In this document: positions 25,167 through 34,196 of the stretch, piece after piece | How the letters are laid out: the number at the start of each line of letters is the position of its first letter | How positions within the stretch are numbered: position 1 is the first letter of the stretch | Assembly (NCBI GenBank): GCA_034434035.1 | Contig: DAOTZM010000088.1 | Location: forward strand, 1 to 55,653 | Direction: 5' to 3' | Source: Anaerolineales bacterium | Lineage (GTDB): Bacteria > Chloroflexota > Anaerolineae > Anaerolineales > Villigracilaceae | DNA: 55,653 nucleotides | Program-made: the position numbers and the translations under genes | The notes under the pieces: model-generated | Databases searched by the model: none | What the model was told of the DNA's origin: nothing | The model's input: only the letters and a program-made list of their open reading frames with translations

Positions 25167-26462
25167 TTACTTGACTGCGGTCAACCCCTTGGCAAACCCC
25201 TCCGCGCTGGCCTTGATGAAGGACTCGACACCGGTTTTAAGCAAACCGCCCAGGGCCGTCAGGGCTTTTTTGAGTTGGGCTTTTTCGCCTTCTTTGACCA
25301 GGCCGTCCCATTGTTGGGCGAGCAGCCAGTTGCCCAGGTCTTGGTCATCCTGCGGACGGGTGACGCGCAGCAGTTCAGCGGCCAGCCACCAGAGCACGAC
25401 CTGGGCCTGCAGGCGATAGCCGGCGCGGGATTCGGGGCTTGATTCTTGGACGAGGAACCCGCGTTTGCGCAGGTCATCCACTTCGTTACGGTAATCGGGC
25501 AGGGAGGCCAGCAGGTCATCCAGGTCGAATTCGCGGCCCGTGACCAGGCCGGGCATAGAGGACAGGGCGATGATGGCAACCGCTTTGCGGCTTTCAGGCA
25601 GCCAGGTCTGCCAGGTTTCTTTCAGGATTGGGCGGGCGGTATCGTACAGGTCGCGGGCGGCGCATTCCCAGCGCGCCAGGGATTCGGGTTCGCCGTCGTC
25701 ATAGGCGTCGCGCAGGGCGTTGGCGGCGGTTTGGAGCAGGAAGGGCTGGCCCCCGGCGGCGTGGTACAGGAATTCGGCGTCGGCTGCGCTCAAACCCGGC
25801 TGGAGCGTGGCAACCAGTTGCAGGGCGTCCTTTTTCTCGAGCGCGCCAAGCACCACCTGGGTCATGAAGTTGAAGTAGGGCGAGCCGAGGTGGCTGTAGG
25901 CGCTGGTTTTGTCGTTGAGCTGTTCCAGGTTCTGGCGGCTGGCAATCACCAAGGATAGCGAAGTATAGCGGCTGGCCAGCGAGCGCAGGCTGCCATAGAA
26001 CTCGGCCTGGTGCAGGACGGGGTGATTGAGCAGGTTGTCGAACTCATCAATCAGCAAAACCAGCCGCCAGCCAGCGGATTGCATTTGGGCCAGCAGGCGT
26101 TCGAGGCCAAAGGCGCCGAAGCCTTCGCGCTTGCTGGTGTCGTAAGCGGAAAAGATAGCCGGATGGCGGGTTTGCTTGAGTTTTTCAACCAGCGGCTGCA
26201 GGGCGATTTTCCAGAATTGCTGCTGGTCGAAAGATGCCCCCAAAGGCTGGATGTCGATGTACTGGAAGAGCAGGTTGGCGGCCAGTTCGCCATAGCGGGC
26301 TTCGCGCAGGGCCGGGTCTTGCAGGTGATGGAGCAGGCTGGTTTTGCCCATGCGCGGCTCGCCGCAAATGGCCAGCGATTGCCCGCCGTTCGACAGACGG
26401 CTGACAATGCGCCGGATTTCGCGGGCGCGGCCAATGAAGGGAGTGTGAGAGGATGAGTTCAT
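25167..26462 (-). CDS. AAA/STAND-like ATPase, paralogous to the N-terminal module of the DGR target
   Basis: 431 aa. FIGRAREI...LAICGEPRMGKTSLL (Walker A) and LVLLIDEFDNL (Walker B). Same motif order as in 29339-32026. Confidence 0.7.
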   Translation of the reverse strand: MNSSSHTPFIGRAREIRRIVSRLSNGGQSLAICGEPRMGKTSLLHHLQDPALREARYGELAANLLFQYIDIQPLGASFDQQQFWKIALQPLVEKLKQTRHPAIFSAYDTSKREGFGAFGLERLLAQMQSAGWRLVLLIDEFDNLLNHPVLHQAEFYGSLRSLASRYTSLSLVIASRQNLEQLNDKTSAYSHLGSPYFNFMTQVVLGALEKKDALQLVATLQPGLSAADAEFLYHAAGGQPFLLQTAANALRDAYDDGEPESLARWECAARDLYDTARPILKETWQTWLPESRKAVAIIALSSMPGLVTGREFDLDDLLASLPDYRNEVDDLRKRGFLVQESSPESRAGYRLQAQVVLWWLAAELLRVTRPQDDQDLGNWLLAQQWDGLVKEGEKAQLKKALTALGGLLKTGVESFIKASAEGFAKGLTAVK

Positions 26463-26484
26463 GGAGCGTTTCTCCGGTAGAAGA

Positions 26485-26677
26485 ATGTACCACAGGCTTC
26501 AGCCTGTAAATCACTGCCTGAAGGCGGTGCGGATGTACCACAGGCTTCAGCCTGTAAATCACTGCCTGAAGGCAGCGCGGATGTACCACAGGCTTCAGCC
26601 TGTAAATCACCGCCTGAAGGCAGCGCGGATGTACCACAGGCTTCAGCCTGTAAATCGCCGCCTGAAGGCGGCGGTAC
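26485..26677 (+). repeat. REP array: four abutting 48-nt units, each with two hairpins
   Basis: Unit is ATGTACCACAGGCTTCAGCCTGTAAATCACTGCCTGAAGGCGGTGCGG. Hairpins ACAGGC-TTCA-GCCTGT and CACTGCC-TGAA-GGCGGTG. Period 48 nt starting at 26485, 26533, 26581, 26629. Confidence 0.9.
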
Positions 26678-26679
26678 GG

Positions 26680-27324
26680 TTACTGATTCAAAAAGACATA
26701 CGGGTAATCTTGCCAATTTTCAACCAATCCCGCTTTGACCGGGTTGTTGAGAATGTACGAGACAATTCGTTCAAGTTCGCGTTCATCGCGCGCAACATGG
26801 TCGTAGCTCTCGCGCCGCCAAAAAGCGCCCTGCCGATTAAGCATCAGATTGGCCCGGCGCGCGGTTCGTCCTTTGAGCAAAAACAAGGCGTAAGAGAGCG
26901 GCGTTTGCTGTTTGCCGTCTTTGGATGGCGGCGGAAGGGGAATATCTTGCGTATCTACCAGTAGATGGACATGGGTGGACATGACGCAGTACGCGCGCAA
27001 GTGATATTGTTCCGGGTGAAGCAGATGGATTTGCTCGCAAACCATCCGCGCAATTTCTGCTTGCGCAAGCCACCGAGGCCCCTGACCCTGGTCGAGATAG
27101 TCGTCATAGCGTTTGAAAAGTCGTTTCGATAGCCGATACAATTCTTCGCGGCGGTTTGGCTGTTCTTCGGCTTGCAGTTGACGGCGCGCAGATTCATAAT
27201 CCGCCTGAATTTGGGCAACGACCGGTTGGGGCAGGCTGCCTTCCAGTCCAAACGTCACAAAGAAAGTGGCGTTGGCAAGATGCCAGTGAGGCAGGCGGCG
27301 GATAAAGAATTCTTTTTGGGTCAT
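26680..27324 (-). CDS. REP-associated tyrosine transposase (RAYT; IS200/IS605 Y1 HUH family)
   Basis: 214 aa from MTQKEFFIRRLPHW. HUH motif STHVHLLV and catalytic-Tyr region SYDHVARD. Flanked on both sides by the same REP. Confidence 0.85.
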   Translation of the reverse strand: MTQKEFFIRRLPHWHLANATFFVTFGLEGSLPQPVVAQIQADYESARRQLQAEEQPNRREELYRLSKRLFKRYDDYLDQGQGPRWLAQAEIARMVCEQIHLLHPEQYHLRAYCVMSTHVHLLVDTQDIPLPPPSKDGKQQTPLSYALFLLKGRTARRANLMLNRQGAFWRRESYDHVARDERELERIVSYILNNPVKAGLVENWQDYPYVFLNQ

Positions 27325-27330
27325 GAGGTA

Positions 27331-27379
27331 ATGTACCACAGGCTTCAGCCTGTAAGCCGCCGCCTGATGGCGGCGGTAC
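27331..27379 (+). repeat. single REP unit of the 26485 family
   Basis: ATGTACCACAGGCTTCAGCCTGTAAGCCGCCGCCTGATGGCGGCGGTAC, directly upstream of the RAYT start. Confidence 0.9.
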
Positions 27380-27610
27380 AGCGCGGCCAATGAATGGGGG
27401 GTTGGGATGAAAAATTCATGGAACATTTCTCCAAATTTAATGTTGCCGGGCATCAAGGCAGGGCGCAGGATGCCCGGCTTTTGGATATTTGCCACCCCGC
27501 AGGCGGGATGACGGGAATGACCGGCGCTCGATTTCAAAACACGCCCGGGCAATCTTCACTTTTGGCTGCAACTGCCCGGATTCTGGTCGTGAAATTACAA
27601 AGAAATCGGT

Positions 27611-27746
27611 CGGAGGCAACGGAAGCCGACATTGTTGTTGGTATTGTCTGGCGTGTTCCTGTTGCGATTCGAGACGCGCAGGTTGTTATCGTTGTTGTTC
27701 CACCCTGGCCTGACCCGCCAGGGCAGGCGAGCCGCCACGCAGAACC
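27611..27746 (-). other. DGR template repeat (TR), interrupted by a 25-nt insertion (27703-27727)
   Basis: 111 nt colinear with the VR at 29349-29459. All 19 mismatches are at TR adenines on the coding strand. TR encodes AAC/AAT-rich ...WNNNDNNLRVSNRNRNTPDNTNNNVGFRCL. Confidence 0.9.
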
Positions 27747-27766
27747 CGTTCCGGCATTCCCAGGAT

Positions 27767-28111
27767 TTACGGCAGGGAGGGCAGGCTTTTCAGCCAGCCG
27801 CCCAACAGCCTGCCGATTTCCGTCAGAGCATTTACGGCATATTCATATTGTTTGGCGTCCATCAATTTGCGCGCATGACTCAGGCGCAGGTAAAAGCGGG
27901 CTTTGTCCAGTTCCAGGTCAGCCTGGGCCAGGGCCGCGCGGGTTTGCGCGGGACGGGTGGCCGCCAACAGGCATTCGTGAAATCCAAACAGGCTGTCTTC
28001 CAGCCGCTTTGCCAGCCGAAAGCGCTCGCTTTTGGGATAACCCTAGGCGTGATTCAACGTCCAGAGCAGGAAATCATAGGTCTTGCTGAAAATTGGTGAT
28101 TGCTGGGACAC
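27767..28111 (-). pseudogene. avd: DGR accessory variability determinant (Avd, four-helix-bundle family) with an in-frame TAG
   Basis: GTG at 28111 with GAAGGAGG SD. Reads SPIFSKTYDFLLWTLNHA-TAG-GYPKSERFRLAKRLEDSL...EIGRLLGGWLKSL. The TAG is at 28043-28045. The gene overlaps the RT 3' end by 38 nt. Confidence 0.75.
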
Positions 28112-29198
28112 GCGAGCCTCCTTCGGGGGACACAAACCGAATTTCACGAAAAATGGACTGGCGCAGGCGCCAGGTATCGCCATGCGCGGCATGGGCCACC
28201 CAGGCCTGGACGCGGGCTTTGACCGCTTTTTGCTCAATTTGGCCGGCATGGTAACGCGCGGCCAGCGCCTTCAATCGCCGCCGGGCGTGGACAACTTTAC
28301 GACGTTTGAGCCGCCTGTGGTCTGGGAAGACCCGGAAGCCCAAAAACGGGAGGCCAATGCGCGTGGGGCGCGGCTGGGCGCTGTTTTCATGCACGGTCAG
28401 GCGCAAACCGGCCAGGAATTGGATGACCTGCCCGCGCCAGCGATTTAATTCTGCCTTGTCATTTGAAAAAAGCAGCATATCATCGACATAGCGAACATAG
28501 CCCTGGCACTTGAGCGTACGTTTGATGAACTGGTCGAGCGGGTTGAGATAGACATTCGCCAAAAACTGGCTGGTGAGATTTCCGATTGGCAAACCGCGCG
28601 GCTTATTGATGGCAAACAAATCATCACCGGGAAAATAGACCGGCTCATATTCTTCCTGCAAAACGCCCTCGCCGCTGGCAAGGATGAGCCGGCACAAACC
28701 CAGGATTTTCTCGTTTTGGATGTTCTTTTGCAAGTTTGCCAGCAAAACAGCATGGTCAATGGACGGGAAAAACTGGCGCGCATCCAGCGGCAGGACGCAG
28801 GCAAAACGGCGCATATAGTGGGCGCAGCGGTCGAGCGCGGCATGGGTGCCCTTGCCTTTGCGGTTGGCGTAGGTATCGAAGATGAATTTGCGCTCAAAAA
28901 TTGGCTCGATGATGTTCACCAGGGCATGATGCACAACCCGGTCACGAAAGGGCGCGGCGGAAATCAGGCGTTTTTTGGGGTCATGCACATAGAAACTGAC
29001 ATACTGGCCCGGCTGGTAACGGCCTTCGCGCAGTTCAGATTGTAATTGGGGCAGTTCGTTTTCGAGGTTATATTCAAAGCCTGCCACTGAAGCGCGGCCG
29101 CGCCGGCCTTTGGCGGCTTTTTTGTAGGCCGAAAGCAGGTTTTCAAACGAAATCAGCCGTTCCCACAGCCAGGGGTCTTCGCTTTGACGCCTGTTCAC
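28074..29198 (-). CDS. DGR reverse transcriptase
   Basis: 374 aa from the GTG at 29198 (AAGGAGG SD). ISAAPFRDRVVHHAL, DGR-specific LPIGNLTSQ, and catalytic YVDD. A TR/VR pair is adjacent. Confidence 0.9.
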   Translation of the reverse strand: MNRRQSEDPWLWERLISFENLLSAYKKAAKGRRGRASVAGFEYNLENELPQLQSELREGRYQPGQYVSFYVHDPKKRLISAAPFRDRVVHHALVNIIEPIFERKFIFDTYANRKGKGTHAALDRCAHYMRRFACVLPLDARQFFPSIDHAVLLANLQKNIQNEKILGLCRLILASGEGVLQEEYEPVYFPGDDLFAINKPRGLPIGNLTSQFLANVYLNPLDQFIKRTLKCQGYVRYVDDMLLFSNDKAELNRWRGQVIQFLAGLRLTVHENSAQPRPTRIGLPFLGFRVFPDHRRLKRRKVVHARRRLKALAARYHAGQIEQKAVKARVQAWVAHAAHGDTWRLRQSIFREIRFVSPEGGSRVPAITNFQQDL

Positions 29199-29250
29199 TG
29201 CAAAACCTCCTTTCCCTGGTTTGCAGGCTAAAGCCTGCGATACGATTTGC

Positions 29251-29280
29251 AAAAAAAATAACGCGACCCGCTGCGCGGGG
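29251..29280 (-). terminator. candidate terminator between the target gene and the RT (GC hairpin CCCGC-GCA-GCGGG, then T8)
   Basis: Minus strand reads CCCCGCGCAGCGGGTCGCGTTATTTTTTTT. The stem is short and 8 nt from the T-run. Confidence 0.35.
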
Positions 29281-29338
29281 AAGACAGGAGCGCAGAACGC
29301 CCTTCGGGCGCAGAAAATCAGAAACCAGAATACCAGAA

Positions 29339-32026
29339 TTAAGGCGAGCGGAGGCAACGGAAGCCGACACTGACGACGGTATCGCCCGGCGTGAGCCAGA
29401 AGCGAAGCGAGACGCGCAGGTAGTTATCGTAGTTGACCCACGAGCCGCCACGCAGAACCTTACTGGAGCCATTTTCGGGCCCGGTCGGGTTTTCGAGCGC
29501 GCCGCTCGGGTAATTGCCGTACCAATCGCCGACCCACTCCCAGACATTACCAGCCATGTCGTACAGGCCATAGCCGTTGGGTTGGAAGGTCTTAACGTCA
29601 ATCGGCGAGTCGGGAAGACAGGGGCCATATTGCGCGCCGTTCTTCGCGCCGTGAGTACATACCGGGGCTTCGCCGCCCCAGGGGTATGCTTTGCCAGCCA
29701 ACCCGCCGCGCGCGGCGTATTCCCACTCGGCTTCGGTGGGTAAACGAACGGTTGTTGAGCCTGTCGGAACACCGCCAGCCCATTCGCAGTAGGCGTTGGC
29801 CTTGTTCCAATCCACATAAACCACCGGGGAATTGGGGCTGCTGTTGTAATATCCCAAGTCAGAAGGCGGCTGACAGACCCCGGCATCCACGCACTTTTTG
29901 TACATGTCGTTGGTGACTTCGTGCTCGTCCATCCAGAAGGCATCCAGCCTCACGCTGTGAACCGGCTTTTCATCACTACCGCCATTTTCCGAACCCATCT
30001 GGAAGGTACCGCCTGGAACATAAACCATCACCATGCCATCCGCTTCGCGCGGGGCGGATGCAGCGCCAGGGTGGGGGGTGTTGGTCGGGGTGGGGGTAAA
30101 GGTGGGGGTGATGGTTGGAGTCTGCGAGGGGGTCAGGGTGATGGTGGGCGTCAGGGTGGGGGTGGGCGTCAGGGTGGGGGTAAAAGTAGGGGCAAAGGTA
30201 CCAAAGACGCCAACGCGGGCATCGACGGCGGTCTGGAAGGCCGCGCCGCCAAAGGATGCCGAGAAAATGAGCAGCAAAATCACAAACGTGCCGCTCAGGC
30301 CGGCCAGGGCCAGGTTGTTGCGCAGCCAAATGCGCCAGGCGGGCGGGCGCTGTTTATCTTCGCGCGCGGCGCGGGCCAGCAGGTCGGCGGCGCTTTCGGC
30401 GTCTTTGCCGCGCTCGTAGGCGTAACCGGGCTGGCGCGCGACCGCTTTTTGCAGGAATTCCACCGCCCGCTGCCACTCGCCGCGCTGGAGGGCCTGGCGG
30501 CCTTCTAGGTAGTTGAAGGCCAGTTCTTTCTCTTCGCGCTCGAACTGCCTGATTTTCTCGACCCCGGCGCGGGCTTCGGGGTTGCCGCCATCCAGCCCAA
30601 GCACTTTTTCATAGAGCGCCAGGCGGGCGGCATCGTCACCGGCGGCCTGCGCTTGCTGTAAATAGACCTGCGCCAGGCGCGGGCGGGCCACCGAGGGCGC
30701 AAATTCGAGCAGTTTTTCCAGTTTTTCGCGGGCTTCGGCCAGCCGCCCGCCGCCAATCAGAATTTCGGCCAGCATTTCGTTGGCGCGCAGGTGGTTCGGG
30801 TTGATGCCCACCGCCTGTTCCAACAGATTTTCGGCCCGTTCCAGGCTGCCCTGGGCGTAAAAAGCCTCGGCAGCCTGGAAGAGATTATCGGCGGCCGGCA
30901 GGATTCGGTCGAGTTCGGTCTGGGTGCGGCTGAGCGGGTGGTATTTCGCCAGCCAGCGGCGCAGCAACTCGACCCGGAAAATGTGGCCGCCATCGGCCGG
31001 TTCGAGGATGTCCCAATCGGCAAGCATTTGGGGCGCGTTTTGCAGTTCACGAATCAGGATGCGCACGCCGCTCTCGCGCAGGATGTGTTCGAGGCGAACT
31101 TCATCTACCACTTCGCGCCCGGCCCCGGCCAGGGCAGCGCTGACGACTTTCTCCGCCGGCCCCAGCCCGTTCCACAACCATTCGAGCATGTTGCGGCTGG
31201 AATCGAGGGTCGGTTCGACGGCTTCTTCAATCATCTGCGCTGTGACCTTGGGCGGCGCATCCGGCTCTTCGTCGTAGGCGCTCTCCCAGACCTGCGAACA
31301 GAGGGCCTGGGTCAGGTAGGCGTGGCCGCGCGTCAGGTCGTAGAGCGCCTCGAGGGCTTTTTGCGGCCAGTACAGGCTTTCGTTCTGCTCTGAAAGCCGC
31401 GCCAGTTTGAAGGTGTCTTCCCTTGCGAGCAGCGAGACGCGCTTCGATTCAACGCCCTTGAAGACCGAGAGCGCCAGGCTGCTCAGGTCGGTGATGTTGC
31501 GCCCCAAGACAAAGACGAATTGCAGGCGCAGCGGGTCGAGGGCCAGCAATTCGCGCAGGTAGGGAAAAAACTCCCTGGCGGCGCTGCCCGTTTGCGGGTC
31601 GGCCAGCACGTCGAACTCGTCGAAGAGCAGCACCAGCGACTGGCCGCCGCCCAAAGCCTCCAGGCGCTGTTTCATCCAGACGCGGAAGGGTTCGGTATCC
31701 GCGTTCGAGAGAGTCGGCGCGGGCCAGCCGAGCGTATCCGCAATTTTGCGGGCCAGTTCGGCCAGCAGGCGCGGCAGGGGCCAGGCGGCTTTGTCTTGCA
31801 AATCAAAATAAACCGCGTGGTAAGGCCCCTCGGCGGGCAGGCGCGCGGTCAGGTATTGCAGCATGGAGGTCTTGCCGATGCGCCGCTGGCCGTAGAGGGT
31901 GATGGCGTTTTTGGCCGGGTTATTCAGCGCGCGCAGCACGTCGCGCAGCGCGTCGGCGCGGCCCACGAAGGCGGCGCTGTTGCCGACCGGGTCGCCGGCG
32001 ATGTAGGGGTTGAGGGGGATGGGCAT
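29339..32026 (-). CDS. DGR target: STAND-like ATPase, TPR, TM helix, Thr/Pro linker, FGE-sulfatase (C-type lectin fold) domain
   Basis: 895 aa from [15 protein letters not shown] at 32026. Walker [13 protein letters not shown], Walker [15 protein letters not shown]-like repeats, then [21 protein letters not shown]. (T/P)-rich linker, then FGE-type motifs ([38 protein letters not shown]). Confidence 0.85.
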   Translation of the reverse strand: MPIPLNPYIAGDPVGNSAAFVGRADALRDVLRALNNPAKNAITLYGQRRIGKTSMLQYLTARLPAEGPYHAVYFDLQDKAAWPLPRLLAELARKIADTLGWPAPTLSNADTEPFRVWMKQRLEALGGGQSLVLLFDEFDVLADPQTGSAAREFFPYLRELLALDPLRLQFVFVLGRNITDLSSLALSVFKGVESKRVSLLAREDTFKLARLSEQNESLYWPQKALEALYDLTRGHAYLTQALCSQVWESAYDEEPDAPPKVTAQMIEEAVEPTLDSSRNMLEWLWNGLGPAEKVVSAALAGAGREVVDEVRLEHILRESGVRILIRELQNAPQMLADWDILEPADGGHIFRVELLRRWLAKYHPLSRTQTELDRILPAADNLFQAAEAFYAQGSLERAENLLEQAVGINPNHLRANEMLAEILIGGGRLAEAREKLEKLLEFAPSVARPRLAQVYLQQAQAAGDDAARLALYEKVLGLDGGNPEARAGVEKIRQFEREEKELAFNYLEGRQALQRGEWQRAVEFLQKAVARQPGYAYERGKDAESAADLLARAAREDKQRPPAWRIWLRNNLALAGLSGTFVILLLIFSASFGGAAFQTAVDARVGVFGTFAPTFTPTLTPTPTLTPTITLTPSQTPTITPTFTPTPTNTPHPGAASAPREADGMVMVYVPGGTFQMGSENGGSDEKPVHSVRLDAFWMDEHEVTNDMYKKCVDAGVCQPPSDLGYYNSSPNSPVVYVDWNKANAYCEWAGGVPTGSTTVRLPTEAEWEYAARGGLAGKAYPWGGEAPVCTHGAKNGAQYGPCLPDSPIDVKTFQPNGYGLYDMAGNVWEWVGDWYGNYPSGALENPTGPENGSSKVLRGGSWVNYDNYLRVSLRFWLTPGDTVVSVGFRCLRSP
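29349..29459 (-). other. DGR variable repeat (VR) at the 3' end of the target gene
   Basis: Encodes [36 protein letters not shown]. Differs from the TR only at TR-adenine positions. Confidence 0.9.
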
Positions 32027-32062
32027 ACCTGGCAATCTCCATGTGTACCGCAGGGATACATG

Positions 32063-32158
32063 CGTACCGCAGGCTTCAGCCTGTGGATTCACCGCCTGAA
32101 GGCAGCGCGGATGTACCGCAGGCTTCAGCCTGTAAAGCACCGCCTGAAGACAGGGGTA
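32063..32158 (+). repeat. two REP units of the 26485 family (plus a degenerate partial copy upstream)
   Basis: CGTACCGCAGGCTTCAGCCTGTGGATTCACCGCCTGAAGGCAGCGCGG and ATGTACCGCAGGCTTCAGCCTGTAAAGCACCGCCTGAAGACAGGGGTAC. Confidence 0.85.
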
Positions 32159-32275
32159 CTTTTCATGCAAAAGTATACAACAAAATCGAAAAGTGAAGCC
32201 CTCCCCGCCGGCGCGCGTTTAACATGGCAGGCGCGATACGATGGAAAATCGGGTATACTTTCCCCGCTTAAGCCT

Positions 32276-34075
32276 ATGTCTGAATATATTCGTAACTTCT
32301 GTATTATCGCTCACGTCGACCACGGCAAATCAACCCTGGCCGACCGTTTGTTGCAGGTCACCGGCACGATTTCGGACCGGGAGATGACCGAGCAAGTATT
32401 GGATTCGATGGATTTGGAACGCGAAAAAGGCGTGACCATCAAGGCCTCGGCGGTGCGCATGAACTATCGCGCCAGAGACGGCAAAGATTATGAACTGAAT
32501 CTCATCGATACCCCCGGCCATGTCGATTTTGGCTACGAAGTCTCGCGCGCGCTGCTGGCCTGCGAGGGCGCACTGCTGGTGGTGGACGCCACCCAGGGAA
32601 TCGAGGCGCAAACGCTCGCCAACCTGTACGCCGCGCTGGATGCCGACCTGGAAATTATTCCCGTTATCAACAAGATTGACCTGCCCTCGGCCCATCCCGA
32701 TGAAGTGGCGGAGGACATCTCCGCGCTGATTGGGGGCCGGGCCGAGGAGGTGATTCAAATCTCGGCCAAAGCCGGGCTGAACGTGGAAGCGGTGCTGGAG
32801 GCGATTGTCCAAAAGGTGCCGCCGCCGGTTGGCGAGGGCGAGAAGCCGCTCAAGGCCTTGATTTTCGACTCGCATTACGATTCGTATAAAGGCGTGATTT
32901 GCTACGTCCGCGTGGTGGAGGGGGCGGTAACGGCCAATGACACCCTGCGGATGATGACGGTCGGGACGGAGGTTAAGCCCATCGAAGTGGGAATTTTTGC
33001 CCCCACGCTGAAACCTGTCAGCCGGTTGACAGCAGGAGAAGTCGGCTACATCGCTACCGGCCTGAAAACCGTCCACGATGCCCGCGTGGGAGATACCATC
33101 ACCAAGGTCAATGCTCCTGCGGCAGAATCCCTGCCCGGGTATCGCCATCCCAAACCGATGGTATTTGCCGGCATTTACCCGGTGGACGCGGACGATTACA
33201 GCGACCTGCGCGACGCGCTCGAAAAACTGCAACTGAACGACGCTTCGCTGACCTACGAGCCGGAAACTTCGCAGGCGATTGGATTCGGTTTCCGGGCCGG
33301 GTTCCTGGGGCTGTTCCACATGGAGATTATCCAGGAGCGTATCGAGCGCGAGTATGACCTGGATGTGCTGTTTACCGCGCCTTCGGTGGAATACGAAGCG
33401 GTGACGGTGACGGGCGAGACGCTGCTGATCGATTCCCCGGCGCAGCTGCCCGACGAGAGCAAATTGGTCGAAATCCGCGAGCCGTGGATGAATATCGAGA
33501 TTATCACCCCGGTTGATTTTTACGGCCCGATTATGGAACTGGTGACCAAGCGGCGCGGCACGTTCAAGAGCCAGGAATACCCGGCCCCGCGCCGCGTGCA
33601 GTTGAACTTCCAGATTCCGCTGGCCGAGTTGATTGTGGACTTTTTCGATGAGTTGAAGAGCCGCACCAAGGGCTACGCCTCGCTCGATTACCAGTTTGCC
33701 GAATACCGCCCCGACCAATTGCAAAAACTGGAGATTTTGGTCAACGGCGAGCCGGTGGATGCGCTGGCGGCGATTGTGCATAACAAGGACGCCTACCACA
33801 AAGGCCAGCGGCTGATTACCAAACTGAAAGACATCATCCCGCGCCAGATGTTCGATGTCGCCATCCAGGCTGCCTCGGCGGGGCGCATTATCAGCCGGGC
33901 AAACGTGAAGGCGCTGCGCAAGGATGTGCTGGCAAAATGCTACGGCGGCGACATCACCCGCAAGAAAAAACTGCTGGAGAAGCAGAAAAAAGGCAAGCGC
34001 CGCATGAAAATGGTCGGCAGCGTCGAACTCCCGCAGGATGCGTTTATGGCGGTCTTGAAACTGGGGGATGAATAA
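32276..34075 (+). CDS. lepA: translation elongation factor 4
   Basis: [48 protein letters not shown], and C-terminal LepA-specific region. About 599 aa. Confidence 0.95.
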   Translation: MSEYIRNFCIIAHVDHGKSTLADRLLQVTGTISDREMTEQVLDSMDLEREKGVTIKASAVRMNYRARDGKDYELNLIDTPGHVDFGYEVSRALLACEGALLVVDATQGIEAQTLANLYAALDADLEIIPVINKIDLPSAHPDEVAEDISALIGGRAEEVIQISAKAGLNVEAVLEAIVQKVPPPVGEGEKPLKALIFDSHYDSYKGVICYVRVVEGAVTANDTLRMMTVGTEVKPIEVGIFAPTLKPVSRLTAGEVGYIATGLKTVHDARVGDTITKVNAPAAESLPGYRHPKPMVFAGIYPVDADDYSDLRDALEKLQLNDASLTYEPETSQAIGFGFRAGFLGLFHMEIIQERIEREYDLDVLFTAPSVEYEAVTVTGETLLIDSPAQLPDESKLVEIREPWMNIEIITPVDFYGPIMELVTKRRGTFKSQEYPAPRRVQLNFQIPLAELIVDFFDELKSRTKGYASLDYQFAEYRPDQLQKLEILVNGEPVDALAAIVHNKDAYHKGQRLITKLKDIIPRQMFDVAIQAASAGRIISRANVKALRKDVLAKCYGGDITRKKKLLEKQKKGKRRMKMVGSVELPQDAFMAVLKLGDE

Positions 34076-34196
34076 ATTGGCAAATGAGCGCGAATCCCGC
34101 AACATGCGAACGCGCGCGTAAAGATGCGTGGAGCGTGTTTCGTTATATTTTCTGTTTGCGAATGGCCCGGCGTATGTTGAATTACGGAATGAGTGT

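Noticed and set aside
26485-26677. Possible CRISPR array, because of regularly spaced 48-nt repeats
   Set aside because: The units abut directly with no spacers. Each unit is a double hairpin. The same unit flanks an adjacent RAYT transposase and recurs at 32063-32158. This is a REP/BIME array, not CRISPR.
27394-28089. 231-aa plus-strand ORF spanning the TR and avd region
   Set aside because: It is antisense to the Avd frame and runs across the non-coding TR. Its composition is Arg/Pro/Gly-rich. It is an artefact.
28074-29198. Reverse transcriptase as a group II intron or retron RT
   Set aside because: It has no maturase/X or endonuclease domain and I recognise no intron RNA domains. It carries the DGR-type IGNLTSQ motif and sits beside an A-mutagenised TR/VR pair and an avd gene. 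It is a DGR RT.
32027-32170. N-terminal extension of the DGR target ORF ([19 protein letters not shown]...)
   Set aside because: It is a translation of REP units. [13 protein letters not shown] at 32026, with an upstream GGAG, matches the family N-terminus.
31520-32275. N-terminal 252-aa extension of the lepA ORF
   Set aside because: It is antisense to the DGR target gene and runs through REP units. LepA homology starts at MSEYIRNF (32276).
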